Origin: an uncultured Candidatus Saccharibacteria bacterium
Lineage (GTDB): Bacteria > Patescibacteriota > Minisyncoccia > UBA6257 > 2-01-FULL-56-20
DNA length: 64,000 nt
Assembly: GCA_964505005.1 (NCBI GenBank)
Contig: CAZDFQ010000001.1
Location: 114,458 to 178,457, forward strand
Direction: 5' to 3'
Part shown: piece by piece, positions 9,156-18,817 of the stretch
Numbering within the stretch: position 1 is the stretch's first letter
Layout: each line of letters starts with the position of its first letter
The notes under the pieces: generated by a model
The model's input: the letters and a program-made list of their open reading frames with translations, nothing else
Database searches by the model: none
What the model was told of the DNA's origin: nothing
Translations under genes and position numbers: made by a program

Positions 9156-10988
9156 CTACGCTACTTCTTGATTGTAGCATTCTTCGCAATACACGATTTC
9201 CGGACGCTCCGGCGCATAAGCGGTCTCGAACTCATTCGGGCAGGGTTCGGCCCCGTGAAAATGTCTCGTAGTATTTTCATAGACGATTTGCGTTTGGCTC
9301 TTGGCGCTTTGCAAGCCTGTGCACATACATTTCCGCTTCTGCAGTTTCATCGGATTCCGGTTTTTCAATCTTTCGGCATAGCGGCAGCTCGGGCACAAGC
9401 GCGGCAGGGGCAAGCCGAATCTTTTGTAGAAATCGAACTCGTTCCTGATGAACCGAAAAGCGCCGCCGCATCTCAAACAGCCGATGGTCTTGGCCAATAA
9501 ACTCTCGTCTGCGTCTTTGATATGGTCAGGTAAATCAACGGCTGGCACAGCAATCCAGAATTCTCTTTTCTTGGGCTCGCGCCAGAAATAGCCCCTGGCT
9601 TCGGCAGCGGCGCGGCTCAACGGATAATAATCCTGGGCCTTGGTCTCGTTATAGGCGAGCGGCGAAAATTCCGGCGGGAAAAACTCCCCATACTTGTAAA
9701 CAATTTCCCTTGTCTCTTGTCCCTTGCCTGCCCCGTTGGAAGCTTGCTTTCCTGCGGGGTTGCTTGTCACTCGTGAAATATAGGGCATTTCATCCATATG
9801 TCTGACAATTTTCTCCCGCAGAGAAAAATATTCATCTTTTGAATACTCTTTATTGAGAATGCAATACTGCTGTTTTTTCAGGCCAACGCAGCCGAAGAGA
9901 TCGGAAGAAGAATGGCAATTTACTGAATACTCCAAGTCGCGGCAGGCCGGCCAGCAATCAAAACAGAATTTTAAATTATGGCAGCTGTCGCCGCAATTCA
10001 CCGACTCATATATTAGTTCAACATTCTCGCCCCAATTGCTGTAATCATAAGAATCCTTAACATATTGGCTAGTATTATGAATGAATTTGGAATTTTCCAC
10101 GCCGCCCACCTCGTAACAATGACGGGCGTTCTTAGACCAATAAACATAGTCGCCGCTGATGTTAACGCAGTCCGGCGTCGAATGGATGTATTTAACCGGA
10201 AAATGCAAACGGAATTCCTCGAATTCTTTTTTTATTTTGAGAAGCGACTGATAAGAGCCAAGGTTAAATTCTTTGAGTTTTTTCTCGTGGTCCTCTTTGG
10301 TGTAGGGCGTGTTGAAAATATGATATTTTTTATGGCTCAAGCTGACGCAGCCAAAGCAATTCTGACAATCAGTACAATCCACTAAAAACCATGAATTCAG
10401 GCAGTCCGCCGCCTCTTCGCTGAAAAATACCTGATAACAATTGTTGACCCGATAGAGCTCATAACACAATTCACTGGAAAGAGTGCAATAAAAATCGAAA
10501 GAGCTGCGCATTCCAACAAACGCCACGCCGTAGGCACAATCTTCGCCATTGCCGGCGTTAAAACAGAGATAACAATTTTTCAAATAAGACGCCTTGTCAG
10601 AATAATCGCTATTTATCAGCCCCCTTATCGAACGCGAGGGCCAAGGCACCGAATAATAAAGTTCTTTGAACTGCTCGAAAAATGGCCGCGAGAAATCGTA
10701 ATCCCGGCCGTAATCCAGGGGATTCCATTTATCCGACCACCAGTAATCGTGCTCGTAAATTTTAAGCGGCGCTTCTTCTGGCCAGCCCGAAAACAACCCC
10801 TTGCCGGTTAAGCTGTCTTTGTTTCGAAAAAGATTATGCTCATTCCAGAAAATCAGCCGGCGCACGGCCCGGCACTCCGGACACCAGGTCGGCGCCGGCA
10901 CGCTCATTCTTTTGTAAAACTGAAAATCATCCGGCTCAATGACGAATTCCGATTTACAGTTTTGACATATTTTGGTTTCTCGAGTCAT
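9156..10988 (-). CDS. Cys-rich repeat protein, paralog 1
   Basis: N-terminal CQNC...PTWCPECR, Cys-periodic middle and C-terminal CPNEFET.YAP.RPEIVYCE.CY shared with paralogs. Confidence 0.85.
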   Translation of the reverse strand: MTRETKICQNCKSEFVIEPDDFQFYKRMSVPAPTWCPECRAVRRLIFWNEHNLFRNKDSLTGKGLFSGWPEEAPLKIYEHDYWWSDKWNPLDYGRDYDFSRPFFEQFKELYYSVPWPSRSIRGLINSDYSDKASYLKNCYLCFNAGNGEDCAYGVAFVGMRSSFDFYCTLSSELCYELYRVNNCYQVFFSEEAADCLNSWFLVDCTDCQNCFGCVSLSHKKYHIFNTPYTKEDHEKKLKEFNLGSYQSLLKIKKEFEEFRLHFPVKYIHSTPDCVNISGDYVYWSKNARHCYEVGGVENSKFIHNTSQYVKDSYDYSNWGENVELIYESVNCGDSCHNLKFCFDCWPACRDLEYSVNCHSSSDLFGCVGLKKQQYCILNKEYSKDEYFSLREKIVRHMDEMPYISRVTSNPAGKQASNGAGKGQETREIVYKYGEFFPPEFSPLAYNETKAQDYYPLSRAAAEARGYFWREPKKREFWIAVPAVDLPDHIKDADESLLAKTIGCLRCGGAFRFIRNEFDFYKRFGLPLPRLCPSCRYAERLKNRNPMKLQKRKCMCTGLQSAKSQTQIVYENTTRHFHGAEPCPNEFETAYAPERPEIVYCEECYNQEVA

Positions 10989-11154
10989 GTTCTACATTTG
11001 GCAGCGAGGAGAAAAGTGAAAATTAACAATTTTCATTTTGGCCGAGCGAACCAAATGAAAAAACGAAGTTTTTCATATTTGGCAGCGAGAAGCAAAATGA
11101 AAAAATGAAGTTTTTTAATTTTTAGCGCTATGTTACGGCCGCTGTTACACAGTT

Positions 11155-11178
11155 AGTGTTATGCTATAGCATAACACT
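11155..11178. repeat. Palindrome family P4 (tgttatgc-N4-gcataaca)
   Basis: Copies at 11155-11178, 44425-44452, 48390-48423 and 48594-48613. Confidence 0.88.
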
Positions 11179-11182
11179 TTAT

Positions 11183-12958
11183 TCAGATAACTTCTGCGTT
11201 GTAGCATTCCCGGCAATACACGATTTCCGACCGGTCCGGAGCAAAAGCTGCTTCAAATTCATTAGAGCAATGACTGGCGCCGTGAAAATGTTGCGCCTGA
11301 TTTTTATACACGCTGTTTTCGCTTCCTTGTCCCAGGCACTGACATTTTCTTTTCCAGAAGCGCAAAGGATGCGGCTGGTCCTTTAATTTTTCCCGCAAGC
11401 GGCAGAAAAAACACTGGCGCGGCAAAGGGACATTCATCTGCCTGGAGAATGAAAGTTCCTGCGGAATAATGCGAAAGGCGCGGCCGCAGGTCTTACAGCC
11501 GATGGTTTCTTTCAGAATCGACTCGGAAACATCGCGAATGTGGTCAGGAATATCGTCCGCTGGCAAAGTAATCTGATATTCTGTCGGTTCAACATCTTTC
11601 CATTCGTAACCCTGGGCTAAGGCCTCTTCTTTGCTTAAAGGAAAATAAACAAAGGCAAATGATTCGTTGTAAGCCAATGGCGAAAGCTCGAGTGGGAAAA
11701 ATTCGCCGTAGCGATATACCCTCCCTCGCTTATCTTTATAGGGAGCGGCTGACATTTGCTGGATAATCCTCGGCACAAGTTTTTCGTATTCCTCTTTGGA
11801 ATATTGTTTGTTAAGAATGCAATACTGCTTTTCCCGGAGCGAAACGCAGCCGAAAATATTGCTGCAGGCGTCTATACACATCCAGCCATACTGCACCTCG
11901 CGAAGATTGTCATAACAATTGGCCGTAAATTTTATGTTAAAAATATTCAAGCCGCTCATCGCCACTTCGTAAATCAATTCCGCCACGTCTCCCCAGGCAA
12001 AATAATCATAGGCGCTGGCTACCGGCTTTGTTTCAACAAATGAAACATAGCGAGAATCTTCTACGCCTTTCACCTCGAAGCATTTCTGGCAGTTTTTTGA
12101 TTCAAACACCAAAAGCCCGGTTACGTCCTTGGAAAATTCCTGCCAAGATGTTTTCACCGGATATTTCAGCCAGTGTTTTCTGGCTTCTTCTTTAAGCCAA
12201 GTATAAATTTTATACGAGCCGAGGTCCCATTCTTTGAGTTTTTCAAAATATTCCTCCTTAAGATAGGGCTTATTAAAAATGTAGTATTGTTTGTTCCGAA
12301 GATTGGCTGAAGCAAAACAATTCTGGCAGCCCCAGCACTGCCAGAGAAAAGCCGAGTTGTTCGATTCGTTGGTCCAGTTAAGATTCACGCCGCCATAATC
12401 TTTCCAGCAATGAAACAAGTCATAAGAATATTCGCAGGAATCGGCAAAAACAATGTTATAGCAATCTTTTGAACGATTGACAAAATGGCCATAAGCGCAG
12501 TTCTCAATGTAATCCGCTTCAATAAGAAGATAGCAGTTTTTGCCGTGGCCAAAGAGGTTGTTATACGGCGAAGTCGGCGAAAAAACCGGATAATCGGTCC
12601 ACAGCCCAAGGTGCGGTACGCGCCTCATCAGCTCGTCGAGCTGTTCGAAAAACGGTCTGGAAAAATCGTAGTCGCGGCCGTATTCCAGCGGGTCCCAATT
12701 GTCAGACCACCAACAAGAAGTGCAGTAAACCGTGTAGGGCTTATCTGCCGAGTAAACTGAAATGAATTCTTTACCGCACAAATCGCATTTTCTTTTGTAT
12801 AAACTGGCGAAACTGACCTGAGCCATCCGCCGCTGGAGCCGGCACTCCGGACACCAAGTCGGCGCCGGGACTTTTATTTTCTCGTAGAATAAAAAATCCT
12901 CGGGTTCTATTACGAACTCCGATTTGCAATTCTGACAAACCTTCTTTTCTGACTGCAT
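11183..12958 (-). CDS. Cys-rich repeat protein, paralog 2
   Basis: Same conserved termini as paralogs 1, 3 and 4. Confidence 0.85.
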   Translation of the reverse strand: MQSEKKVCQNCKSEFVIEPEDFLFYEKIKVPAPTWCPECRLQRRMAQVSFASLYKRKCDLCGKEFISVYSADKPYTVYCTSCWWSDNWDPLEYGRDYDFSRPFFEQLDELMRRVPHLGLWTDYPVFSPTSPYNNLFGHGKNCYLLIEADYIENCAYGHFVNRSKDCYNIVFADSCEYSYDLFHCWKDYGGVNLNWTNESNNSAFLWQCWGCQNCFASANLRNKQYYIFNKPYLKEEYFEKLKEWDLGSYKIYTWLKEEARKHWLKYPVKTSWQEFSKDVTGLLVFESKNCQKCFEVKGVEDSRYVSFVETKPVASAYDYFAWGDVAELIYEVAMSGLNIFNIKFTANCYDNLREVQYGWMCIDACSNIFGCVSLREKQYCILNKQYSKEEYEKLVPRIIQQMSAAPYKDKRGRVYRYGEFFPLELSPLAYNESFAFVYFPLSKEEALAQGYEWKDVEPTEYQITLPADDIPDHIRDVSESILKETIGCKTCGRAFRIIPQELSFSRQMNVPLPRQCFFCRLREKLKDQPHPLRFWKRKCQCLGQGSENSVYKNQAQHFHGASHCSNEFEAAFAPDRSEIVYCRECYNAEVI

Positions 12959-13012
12959 ATTTTTGAAGTCCCTTATTCTACCATTCGCGCGAATTAGAGA
13001 TAGAGAAAGATA

Positions 13013-14842
13013 TTATACAACTTCAGCATTATAGCAGGCTTCGCAATAAACGATTTCCGGCCTGTCGGGAGCGTAAGATGTTTCAAATTCATTGGGGCAA
13101 TGGTTAGAGCCATGGAAATGCTTAACAGCATTCTGGTAGATTATTTCTTGGTTCTCGCCGGCCCGCGATGAGCTTGTCGAACCTGCGCATTGGCATTTCC
13201 TGTGCCAGAGTTTGAGAGGATTCCTTTGTTTAATTCTCTGATAATGGCGGCAGTTGGGGCAGAAACGGGGCAAAGGCAGATTCATTTTCCGGTAAAACTG
13301 AAGTTCCTGAGGGATAATTTTGAAGGCCGTGGTGCAGCCGGCCGCTTCTTGTTCAAGAGTCAAACCCTTTCGGGCACCGGCGTTGCTGGCGCATTCGATT
13401 ATTTCATCAAGCATGGAATCCTCGACATCCTTTATGCGGTCTGGCAGTTGGTCGGCGGTCATCGTTATTTTGTAATTTCTTTCTTCGGGTTCTTTCCAGC
13501 CGTAGCCCTGTTTCTCTGCTTCTTCTTTAGTCAGAAGAAAATATTCCTGGGCAATGGTTTCGTTATAGGCGAATGGAGAGAGTTCCGGAGGGAAGAATTC
13601 GCCATACTTATAGATTCTGCCTTTTTTATCTATATAAGGCAGAGAATCCATCTGCTCAATGAGGCGAGGCAATAATTTCTCGTATTCTTCTTTAGGGTAT
13701 TGCTTGTTCAGAATGCAGTAGGATTTGTTGCGGAGGCCGATGCAACCGAAAAGATTAGAAGAATTATGACAATTGAAACTATAAAATACATTGTATGAAC
13801 CATAGACAACGCTTGTGCTGATAAGATGATAGCTCTGTCTGTCTCCTGAATCGAAAACTTCGTACATCAATGAACCTAACCCCGCTCCGGGGCCGGCATC
13901 ATATGAATCTTTCAACTGGACGCCTGCCCATTCAAGAAATTTACAATCTTCGGCTCCCTGAGCAATATCAAAACAAAAATGGCAATTTTTAGAATTTTCA
14001 ATATGGTCGCCGGTGACATCTACTGACCTCTGGATAGAGGCATAGCGATGGATGGATTTTTTTAATTCTTCCCGAAAAAGCGCTCTGAATTTTAAAAGGT
14101 TCGAATATCTTCCTAAATCGAATTTCTCGATTTTTTTAAGATATTCCTCCTTTGAATATTGCTGATTAAAAATGCAATAGGATTTATTTCTGAGATTCAC
14201 ACAACCGAAGCAATTTGAACAATTTTTGCAATCGTAAAGAAAAAAGGAATCGGTGCAATTGCCGCAGTCATTACTAAAAAACAACCGATAGGCCTTTTCA
14301 CAAAAGAGGTCATCGTAGCAAAGTTGCGATTCAATGACAGTATAAAGGTCCATTGAGTCCTTAACATAGAGAATACGATTTGAATACATTGTATTCTCGA
14401 TAAAACCCGAGGCAGAAATAAGGTAGCAGTCCTTACTGTCCATAGCCACATTACAATACTCGCTGTTGATGGCATTAGTGTTAGAAAGAGCAATCAGCGG
14501 GAATTTATCCCGAAGCATCCGGAATTGCCGGAAAAATGGCTGAGAAAAATCGTAATCGCAACCGTAATCGAGCGGATTCCACTTATCCGACCACCAATAT
14601 TTTTGGTCGTAAACCGTAAGTTTTTTTTCGGGAGAATAAATAGAAATAATATCATTACCGAAAGCGTCCTTCCGTTTGTAAAGCATCCTTTCGTTCCTGA
14701 AAGCCATTCTCCTTTTAAGTCGGCACTCCGGACACCAAGTCGGCGCCGGAACCTTGATTTTTTCGTAGAACAGAAAATCCGAAGTGTCTATAGCGAATTC
14801 GCTCTGACAATTTTGACAAACTCTTTTTTCAGAAATAGCCAT
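13013..14842 (-). CDS. Cys-rich repeat protein, paralog 3
   Basis: Same conserved termini; start MAISEKRVCQNC at 14842 aligns with the paralog N-termini. Confidence 0.85.
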   Translation of the reverse strand: MAISEKRVCQNCQSEFAIDTSDFLFYEKIKVPAPTWCPECRLKRRMAFRNERMLYKRKDAFGNDIISIYSPEKKLTVYDQKYWWSDKWNPLDYGCDYDFSQPFFRQFRMLRDKFPLIALSNTNAINSEYCNVAMDSKDCYLISASGFIENTMYSNRILYVKDSMDLYTVIESQLCYDDLFCEKAYRLFFSNDCGNCTDSFFLYDCKNCSNCFGCVNLRNKSYCIFNQQYSKEEYLKKIEKFDLGRYSNLLKFRALFREELKKSIHRYASIQRSVDVTGDHIENSKNCHFCFDIAQGAEDCKFLEWAGVQLKDSYDAGPGAGLGSLMYEVFDSGDRQSYHLISTSVVYGSYNVFYSFNCHNSSNLFGCIGLRNKSYCILNKQYPKEEYEKLLPRLIEQMDSLPYIDKKGRIYKYGEFFPPELSPFAYNETIAQEYFLLTKEEAEKQGYGWKEPEERNYKITMTADQLPDRIKDVEDSMLDEIIECASNAGARKGLTLEQEAAGCTTAFKIIPQELQFYRKMNLPLPRFCPNCRHYQRIKQRNPLKLWHRKCQCAGSTSSSRAGENQEIIYQNAVKHFHGSNHCPNEFETSYAPDRPEIVYCEACYNAEVV

Positions 14843-14847
14843 AGATT

Positions 14848-14958
14848 TCAGTACAAATAGAGCGGAGTCCCGCACCAAGCTTTACTTTGGTGCGCGGGTT
14901 CCGGTTCGATAGGGAACTCGATTTTACAATTCTGGCAGGTCCTGCTCTCTGATTCCAT
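14848..14958 (-). pseudogene. N-terminal stub of another Cys-rich paralog
   Basis: Translates MESESRTCQNCKIEFPIEPE, matching the paralog N-termini. It then runs into a cccgcacc palindrome (14869-14898) and stops. Confidence 0.7.
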
Positions 14959-14965
14959 AATTTTA

Positions 14966-15317
14966 TTATTCTCTAATTCGAGCGAATTAGAGAAGAGTCA
15001 AAATATTCTTGGCAGCCACTGGCTTATCGTCTGCCAAACGATAAAACATCTGCAAACTTCTTTGTTCTTTCTCAACAATATCGGCAGCTGCCAGAATCGC
15101 CAGATGTTTGGAGGTCGCTTTGAAAGAAAGATTTATCTCATCAGCGATTTCTCCAACCGGCGCTTCGCGATGTTCTTTGAGATAGCGGAGAATTGCCAAT
15201 CGCCGCCGATTCGCCAAGGCCTTTAATTGTCTCTCCAATTCTTTTTCTTTCATCAATCAAATTATACTACATTATCCTTAATTCTCTTATTCTCTAATTC
15301 GAGCGAATTAGAGAAGA
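14966..15317. repeat. Identical 31-bp direct repeats (palindrome family P1) bracketing HTH gene 1
   Basis: ttattctctaattcgagcgaattagagaaga at 14966-14996 and 15287-15317. Other P1 copies at 5047-5076, 9121-9147, 12973-13000 and 41282-41310. Confidence 0.92.
14987..15253 (-). CDS. ArsR-like winged helix-turn-helix protein 1
   Basis: LKALANRRRLAIL...SKHLAIL...FYRL ArsR pattern; no Cys for metal sensing. Confidence 0.85.
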   Translation of the reverse strand: MKEKELERQLKALANRRRLAILRYLKEHREAPVGEIADEINLSFKATSKHLAILAAADIVEKEQRSLQMFYRLADDKPVAAKNILTLL

Positions 15318-15344
15318 AAACTTTTTTGATTTGAATAGAAAAAT

Positions 15345-16439
15345 TTATTTCCGCAAGGCCTCGATCCCCGGCAGTTTTTCACCGGCCAAGAAATCAAGCA
15401 TTGCGCCGCCGCCGGTGGAGATAAAGCTGAATTTTTTGTCTAGGCGGTGTTTTTTTAAAAACATCACGGTTTCGCCGCCGCCGGCCACGGAAAACGCTTT
15501 TTTGTTGACAGCAATGGCTTTGGCAACCGTCAAAGTGCCTTGAGAAAATTTCTTTTTTTCAATCATCCCCAGCGGCCCGCTCCAGATAATGGTTCTGGCC
15601 GGCCTGATTTTTGAGACAAAAATTTTCTCGGTTTTCGGGCCGATATCCAAGATTTGATTTTGGGAGAGTCGATAATCAACCGGCAAAACGAGATTTTTGT
15701 AGCAAGAAACCATTTTCAGCATTTTTTTGTCGGCTTTTTCCGTGTCAATCAGAGATTTTTTTACATCAGCGCCTCTGACCCATAAAAGCGTGTTGGCGGC
15801 CGCGCCGCCGAGCAAAAACCAATCGGCTTTGTTCCTGAAAAATTTCAAAACGCCGAGTTTGTCATGGGCTTTGGCGCCGCCGAGAATAATCACCAGCGGC
15901 TTTTTCGGTCTTCCCATAATATGGGACAGAAACTTTATTTCTTTTTCCAATTCCAAACCAGCATAACTCGGCAGAAATTGAGTTAGGGCAACCACCGAGG
16001 CGTTCTTCCGGTGAGAAACCGCAAAGGCATCATTCACATAAAAATCTCCGAGGGACGCGAGATTTTTGGCAAGCCGCCTATCATTTTCCTCTTCGCCTTT
16101 CAAAAACCGCAGATTTTCCAGAACAAAGATGGATTTTCTCGGACCTGCTTTTATAAATTTTTTTATTTCGGCAAATCTAAAATACGGTATGAAATTAACT
16201 TCCTTTTTTAATAATCTTTGGAGATTTACCGCGTCTTTTTTCAAGCTCAGTCTTTTTTCAAAGCCATTCGGGCGGCCGCGGTGGCTCAAAATAACTATCC
16301 TGTCAGCTTTTCTTAACAGAAACTTTATCGTCGGAATCGCCGCTTCCAGCCGCCATTCATCTTCAGTGTTGAAGTCAAGACGCAAAAGCACAGTGCCCTT
16401 GAGAAGTTCCGGCCGGACTTTGTTTAAAAGTTGGAACAT
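15345..16439 (-). CDS. pgk: Phosphoglycerate kinase
   Basis: RLDFN, SHRGRP, LENLRF, NDAF..SHR, GGAK, DIGP and STGGGA motifs. Confidence 0.93.
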   Translation of the reverse strand: MFQLLNKVRPELLKGTVLLRLDFNTEDEWRLEAAIPTIKFLLRKADRIVILSHRGRPNGFEKRLSLKKDAVNLQRLLKKEVNFIPYFRFAEIKKFIKAGPRKSIFVLENLRFLKGEEENDRRLAKNLASLGDFYVNDAFAVSHRKNASVVALTQFLPSYAGLELEKEIKFLSHIMGRPKKPLVIILGGAKAHDKLGVLKFFRNKADWFLLGGAAANTLLWVRGADVKKSLIDTEKADKKMLKMVSCYKNLVLPVDYRLSQNQILDIGPKTEKIFVSKIRPARTIIWSGPLGMIEKKKFSQGTLTVAKAIAVNKKAFSVAGGGETVMFLKKHRLDKKFSFISTGGGAMLDFLAGEKLPGIEALRK

Positions 16440-16441
16440 CT

Positions 16442-17128
16442 TTATATGTTTTTGATATGCCGGATTCCGACTTCCGGAAATAAAACATGGTCGGGCAAAG
16501 AAACGACATAAGCCACCAGTTCAGCCACTTCTTCTGGCAAAAGGGCCGAATCCCAGTTTCTTTTTATTTTGCTGCTGCGGAAAAGACTGGTTTTCATAAA
16601 GCCGGGGTAAAGGCCGGTTACCCGAATGCCGACTGGAGAAAGCTCCTGCTGAAGCGACTTGGTAAAGCCGGTGATTGCCCATTTCGAGGTGTTATAGACG
16701 CTCCGTTTGGGTTTGGCGTAAAGCCCGGCTTGAGAAATGACATTGATGATAAGGCCGCTCCCCTGCTTTTTCATATAAGGGATAATCTCCCGGGAAAGCA
16801 GCATTACGCCGAGCGTGTTCACTTTCAGAACTTTTTCGATTTCTGCCGGTTGGTTTTTTTCAAGAAACCCTTCAATCCACAGCCCGGCGTTATTTATCAA
16901 ACAATCGATTCGCCGATATTTTCTGACAACCGCCCGGACAATCCTTCTAATATCGGCTGATTTAGAAACATCGCCCACTTGGAAATCGCATTTAAGCGAC
17001 CGCGAGACCGTCTTTAACCTTCTTCTGTCAGGAGAAAAAATAATCACCCGATGAAACGGAGAAAGTTCCCGGGCGATTGCCTCTCCCAAACCGCTGCTGC
17101 CGCCAGAGATTAAAACCACTTTTCCCAT
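16442..17128 (-). CDS. Short-chain dehydrogenase/reductase
   Basis: SGGSSGLG, NNAG and YNTSK (YxxxK). Confidence 0.9.
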   Translation of the reverse strand: MGKVVLISGGSSGLGEAIARELSPFHRVIIFSPDRRRLKTVSRSLKCDFQVGDVSKSADIRRIVRAVVRKYRRIDCLINNAGLWIEGFLEKNQPAEIEKVLKVNTLGVMLLSREIIPYMKKQGSGLIINVISQAGLYAKPKRSVYNTSKWAITGFTKSLQQELSPVGIRVTGLYPGFMKTSLFRSSKIKRNWDSALLPEEVAELVAYVVSLPDHVLFPEVGIRHIKNI

Positions 17129-17172
17129 AGCTTTAACTTTAATTATAAATAACCCCCTATTATAATCAAAGA

Positions 17173-18480
17173 ATGGAGAAAAAACGCATTGTCATCCTCG
17201 GAGCCGGCTTCGGCGGCCTTCACGCCGCTTTTTTAATATCCAAAAAACTTAAAAAATTGGGGTTGCTTGGAAAATACGAAGTCATTATCGTTGACCGCAA
17301 CGAGCACCAAACCTATACTCCCCTTTTGTATGAAGCCGCAACCACATCCAAAATGACCGCGGACTCGACCGAGCTCCATTCGGTTGTCGCTTACAGCATT
17401 GCCAAACTGATTAGACGGCTGCCGATAAGATTTATCCAATCAGAAGTAAAAGACATCGACATCCCCCAAGGAGAGGTTAAGCTCGCTAATCAAAGAAAAT
17501 TGGCATCTGATTATCTTGTTCTAGCGTTGGGCTCGGAGGCAAACTATTTCAACATCCCGGGATTAAAAGAAAATTCTCTGCCGTTAAAAACATTCATCGA
17601 CGCGCTCAGAATAAGAGATACGATTCTGAACCTGATTGAAGGCGGAGACAATAACTTAAAAATCGTCATCGGCGGCGGCGGCTCGACCGGCGTGGAACTC
17701 GCCGGCGAACTCAAAATGTGGTGCGGCGAGCTGAGCGACGAAGAATATAATAAATGCCGCATTGACATCGCCGTCATCGAAGCAGCACCGACTATCTTGC
17801 CCGAATTTTCTCCGAAAGTAATCTCGTTGGTCAAAAAACGTTTGTCCTCTCTCGGCGTTAATTTAATCGAAGGCCAAACAATCGAAGAAGTCGGGAAAAA
17901 TGTTATGGTTTTGAAAAGTTCTTCGACCGGGTTCGGTGCCAGCGGCAAAAAAATAAATTTCGATATTCTAATTTGGGCCGGCGGCGTCAAGGCCTCGTCC
18001 CTCATTGAAAATCTCCCCTTAAAAACTGAATCGCGAGGCAGATTCGAAGTTGCCGAAAATATGAGGTGTTTGCCAAAAACCCCGGATTTAAAAATTTATC
18101 CCAAGGTCTACGCCATCGGCGACAACGCCTGCGTCTATGACAAAAACAAAAAACCGATTCCCGGCGTGGCCAGAGCGGCAATCAAAGAAGCTGAAATCGC
18201 GGCGCACAACATCATTGAAGAAATAAAAAATTCAGAGTTCAGAAATTGGAAATTAAAAATTAGAAATTACGCGCCGCGCCAATATCCCTATGTCATTCCG
18301 GTGGGCGGCAAATTCGCGGTTGCCGAAATAGGCTCTTTCGTCCTTTCCGGATTTCTCGGCTGGATTTTCAAAGGACTCGTCGAGCTCAATTATCTTTTGT
18401 CAATTATGCCTGTTTGGAAAGCGCTGTTGGTTTGGTTAAAAGGACTAAAGATATTCATCCAGAACGACCGGCTAGGTTAA
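17173..18480 (+). CDS. ndh: Type II NADH dehydrogenase-like FAD oxidoreductase
   Basis: GAGFGG, GGGSTGVELAGE, WAGG and AIGD motifs. Confidence 0.85.
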   Translation: MEKKRIVILGAGFGGLHAAFLISKKLKKLGLLGKYEVIIVDRNEHQTYTPLLYEAATTSKMTADSTELHSVVAYSIAKLIRRLPIRFIQSEVKDIDIPQGEVKLANQRKLASDYLVLALGSEANYFNIPGLKENSLPLKTFIDALRIRDTILNLIEGGDNNLKIVIGGGGSTGVELAGELKMWCGELSDEEYNKCRIDIAVIEAAPTILPEFSPKVISLVKKRLSSLGVNLIEGQTIEEVGKNVMVLKSSSTGFGASGKKINFDILIWAGGVKASSLIENLPLKTESRGRFEVAENMRCLPKTPDLKIYPKVYAIGDNACVYDKNKKPIPGVARAAIKEAEIAAHNIIEEIKNSEFRNWKLKIRNYAPRQYPYVIPVGGKFAVAEIGSFVLSGFLGWIFKGLVELNYLLSIMPVWKALLVWLKGLKIFIQNDRLG

Positions 18481-18489
18481 ATAAAAAAA

Positions 18490-18518
18490 TTGACAAAATA
18501 TTACTAATTTATTATTGT
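18490..18518 (+). promoter_or_regulatory. Sigma70-type promoter
   Basis: TTGACA-17 bp-TATTGT upstream of two small ORFs. Confidence 0.55.
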
Positions 18519-18640
18519 TGTTATCGTTCCTTAAAAACTGAATAATCAAAAACTACCGCAGCAAATGGTGCTTAAATGTTTTTGAACATCACTTGTTGCG
18601 GTAGAGCAAGAATACAACCCAACAACCGAGGAGGTGCGAA

Positions 18641-18817
18641 ATGAAGAAATTTCTCAGGCGAGTTTGGCAAGTGTTTTTCTCTCTATTCGCGGAAGCGATA
18701 GAAGAAAGCGTCCGCGAAATAAAGGAGGGTATCTGTGGAATCGTCAAGATGACGAAGGATGTAAAAAGAGAAGTCGCGTCAGCGGGGAAAGCGCGGGGAG
18801 GAGGCAGAAATGCATAG
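18641..18817 (+). CDS. Small hypothetical protein (58 aa; absent from the ORF track)
   Basis: GAGGAGG RBS before ATG 18641; MKKFLRRVWQVFFSLFAEAIEESVREIKEGICGIVKMTKDVKREVASAGKARGGGRNA; overlaps the next start. Confidence 0.55.
   Translation: MKKFLRRVWQVFFSLFAEAIEESVREIKEGICGIVKMTKDVKREVASAGKARGGGRNA

Noticed and set aside
9156-14842. Cys-rich paralogs as DGR targets
   Set aside because: No reverse transcriptase and no TR/VR pair differing only at adenines was seen
9121-15317. Canonical integron
   Set aside because: No tyrosine integrase in the window, and the palindromes lack RYYYAAC/GTTRRRY ends
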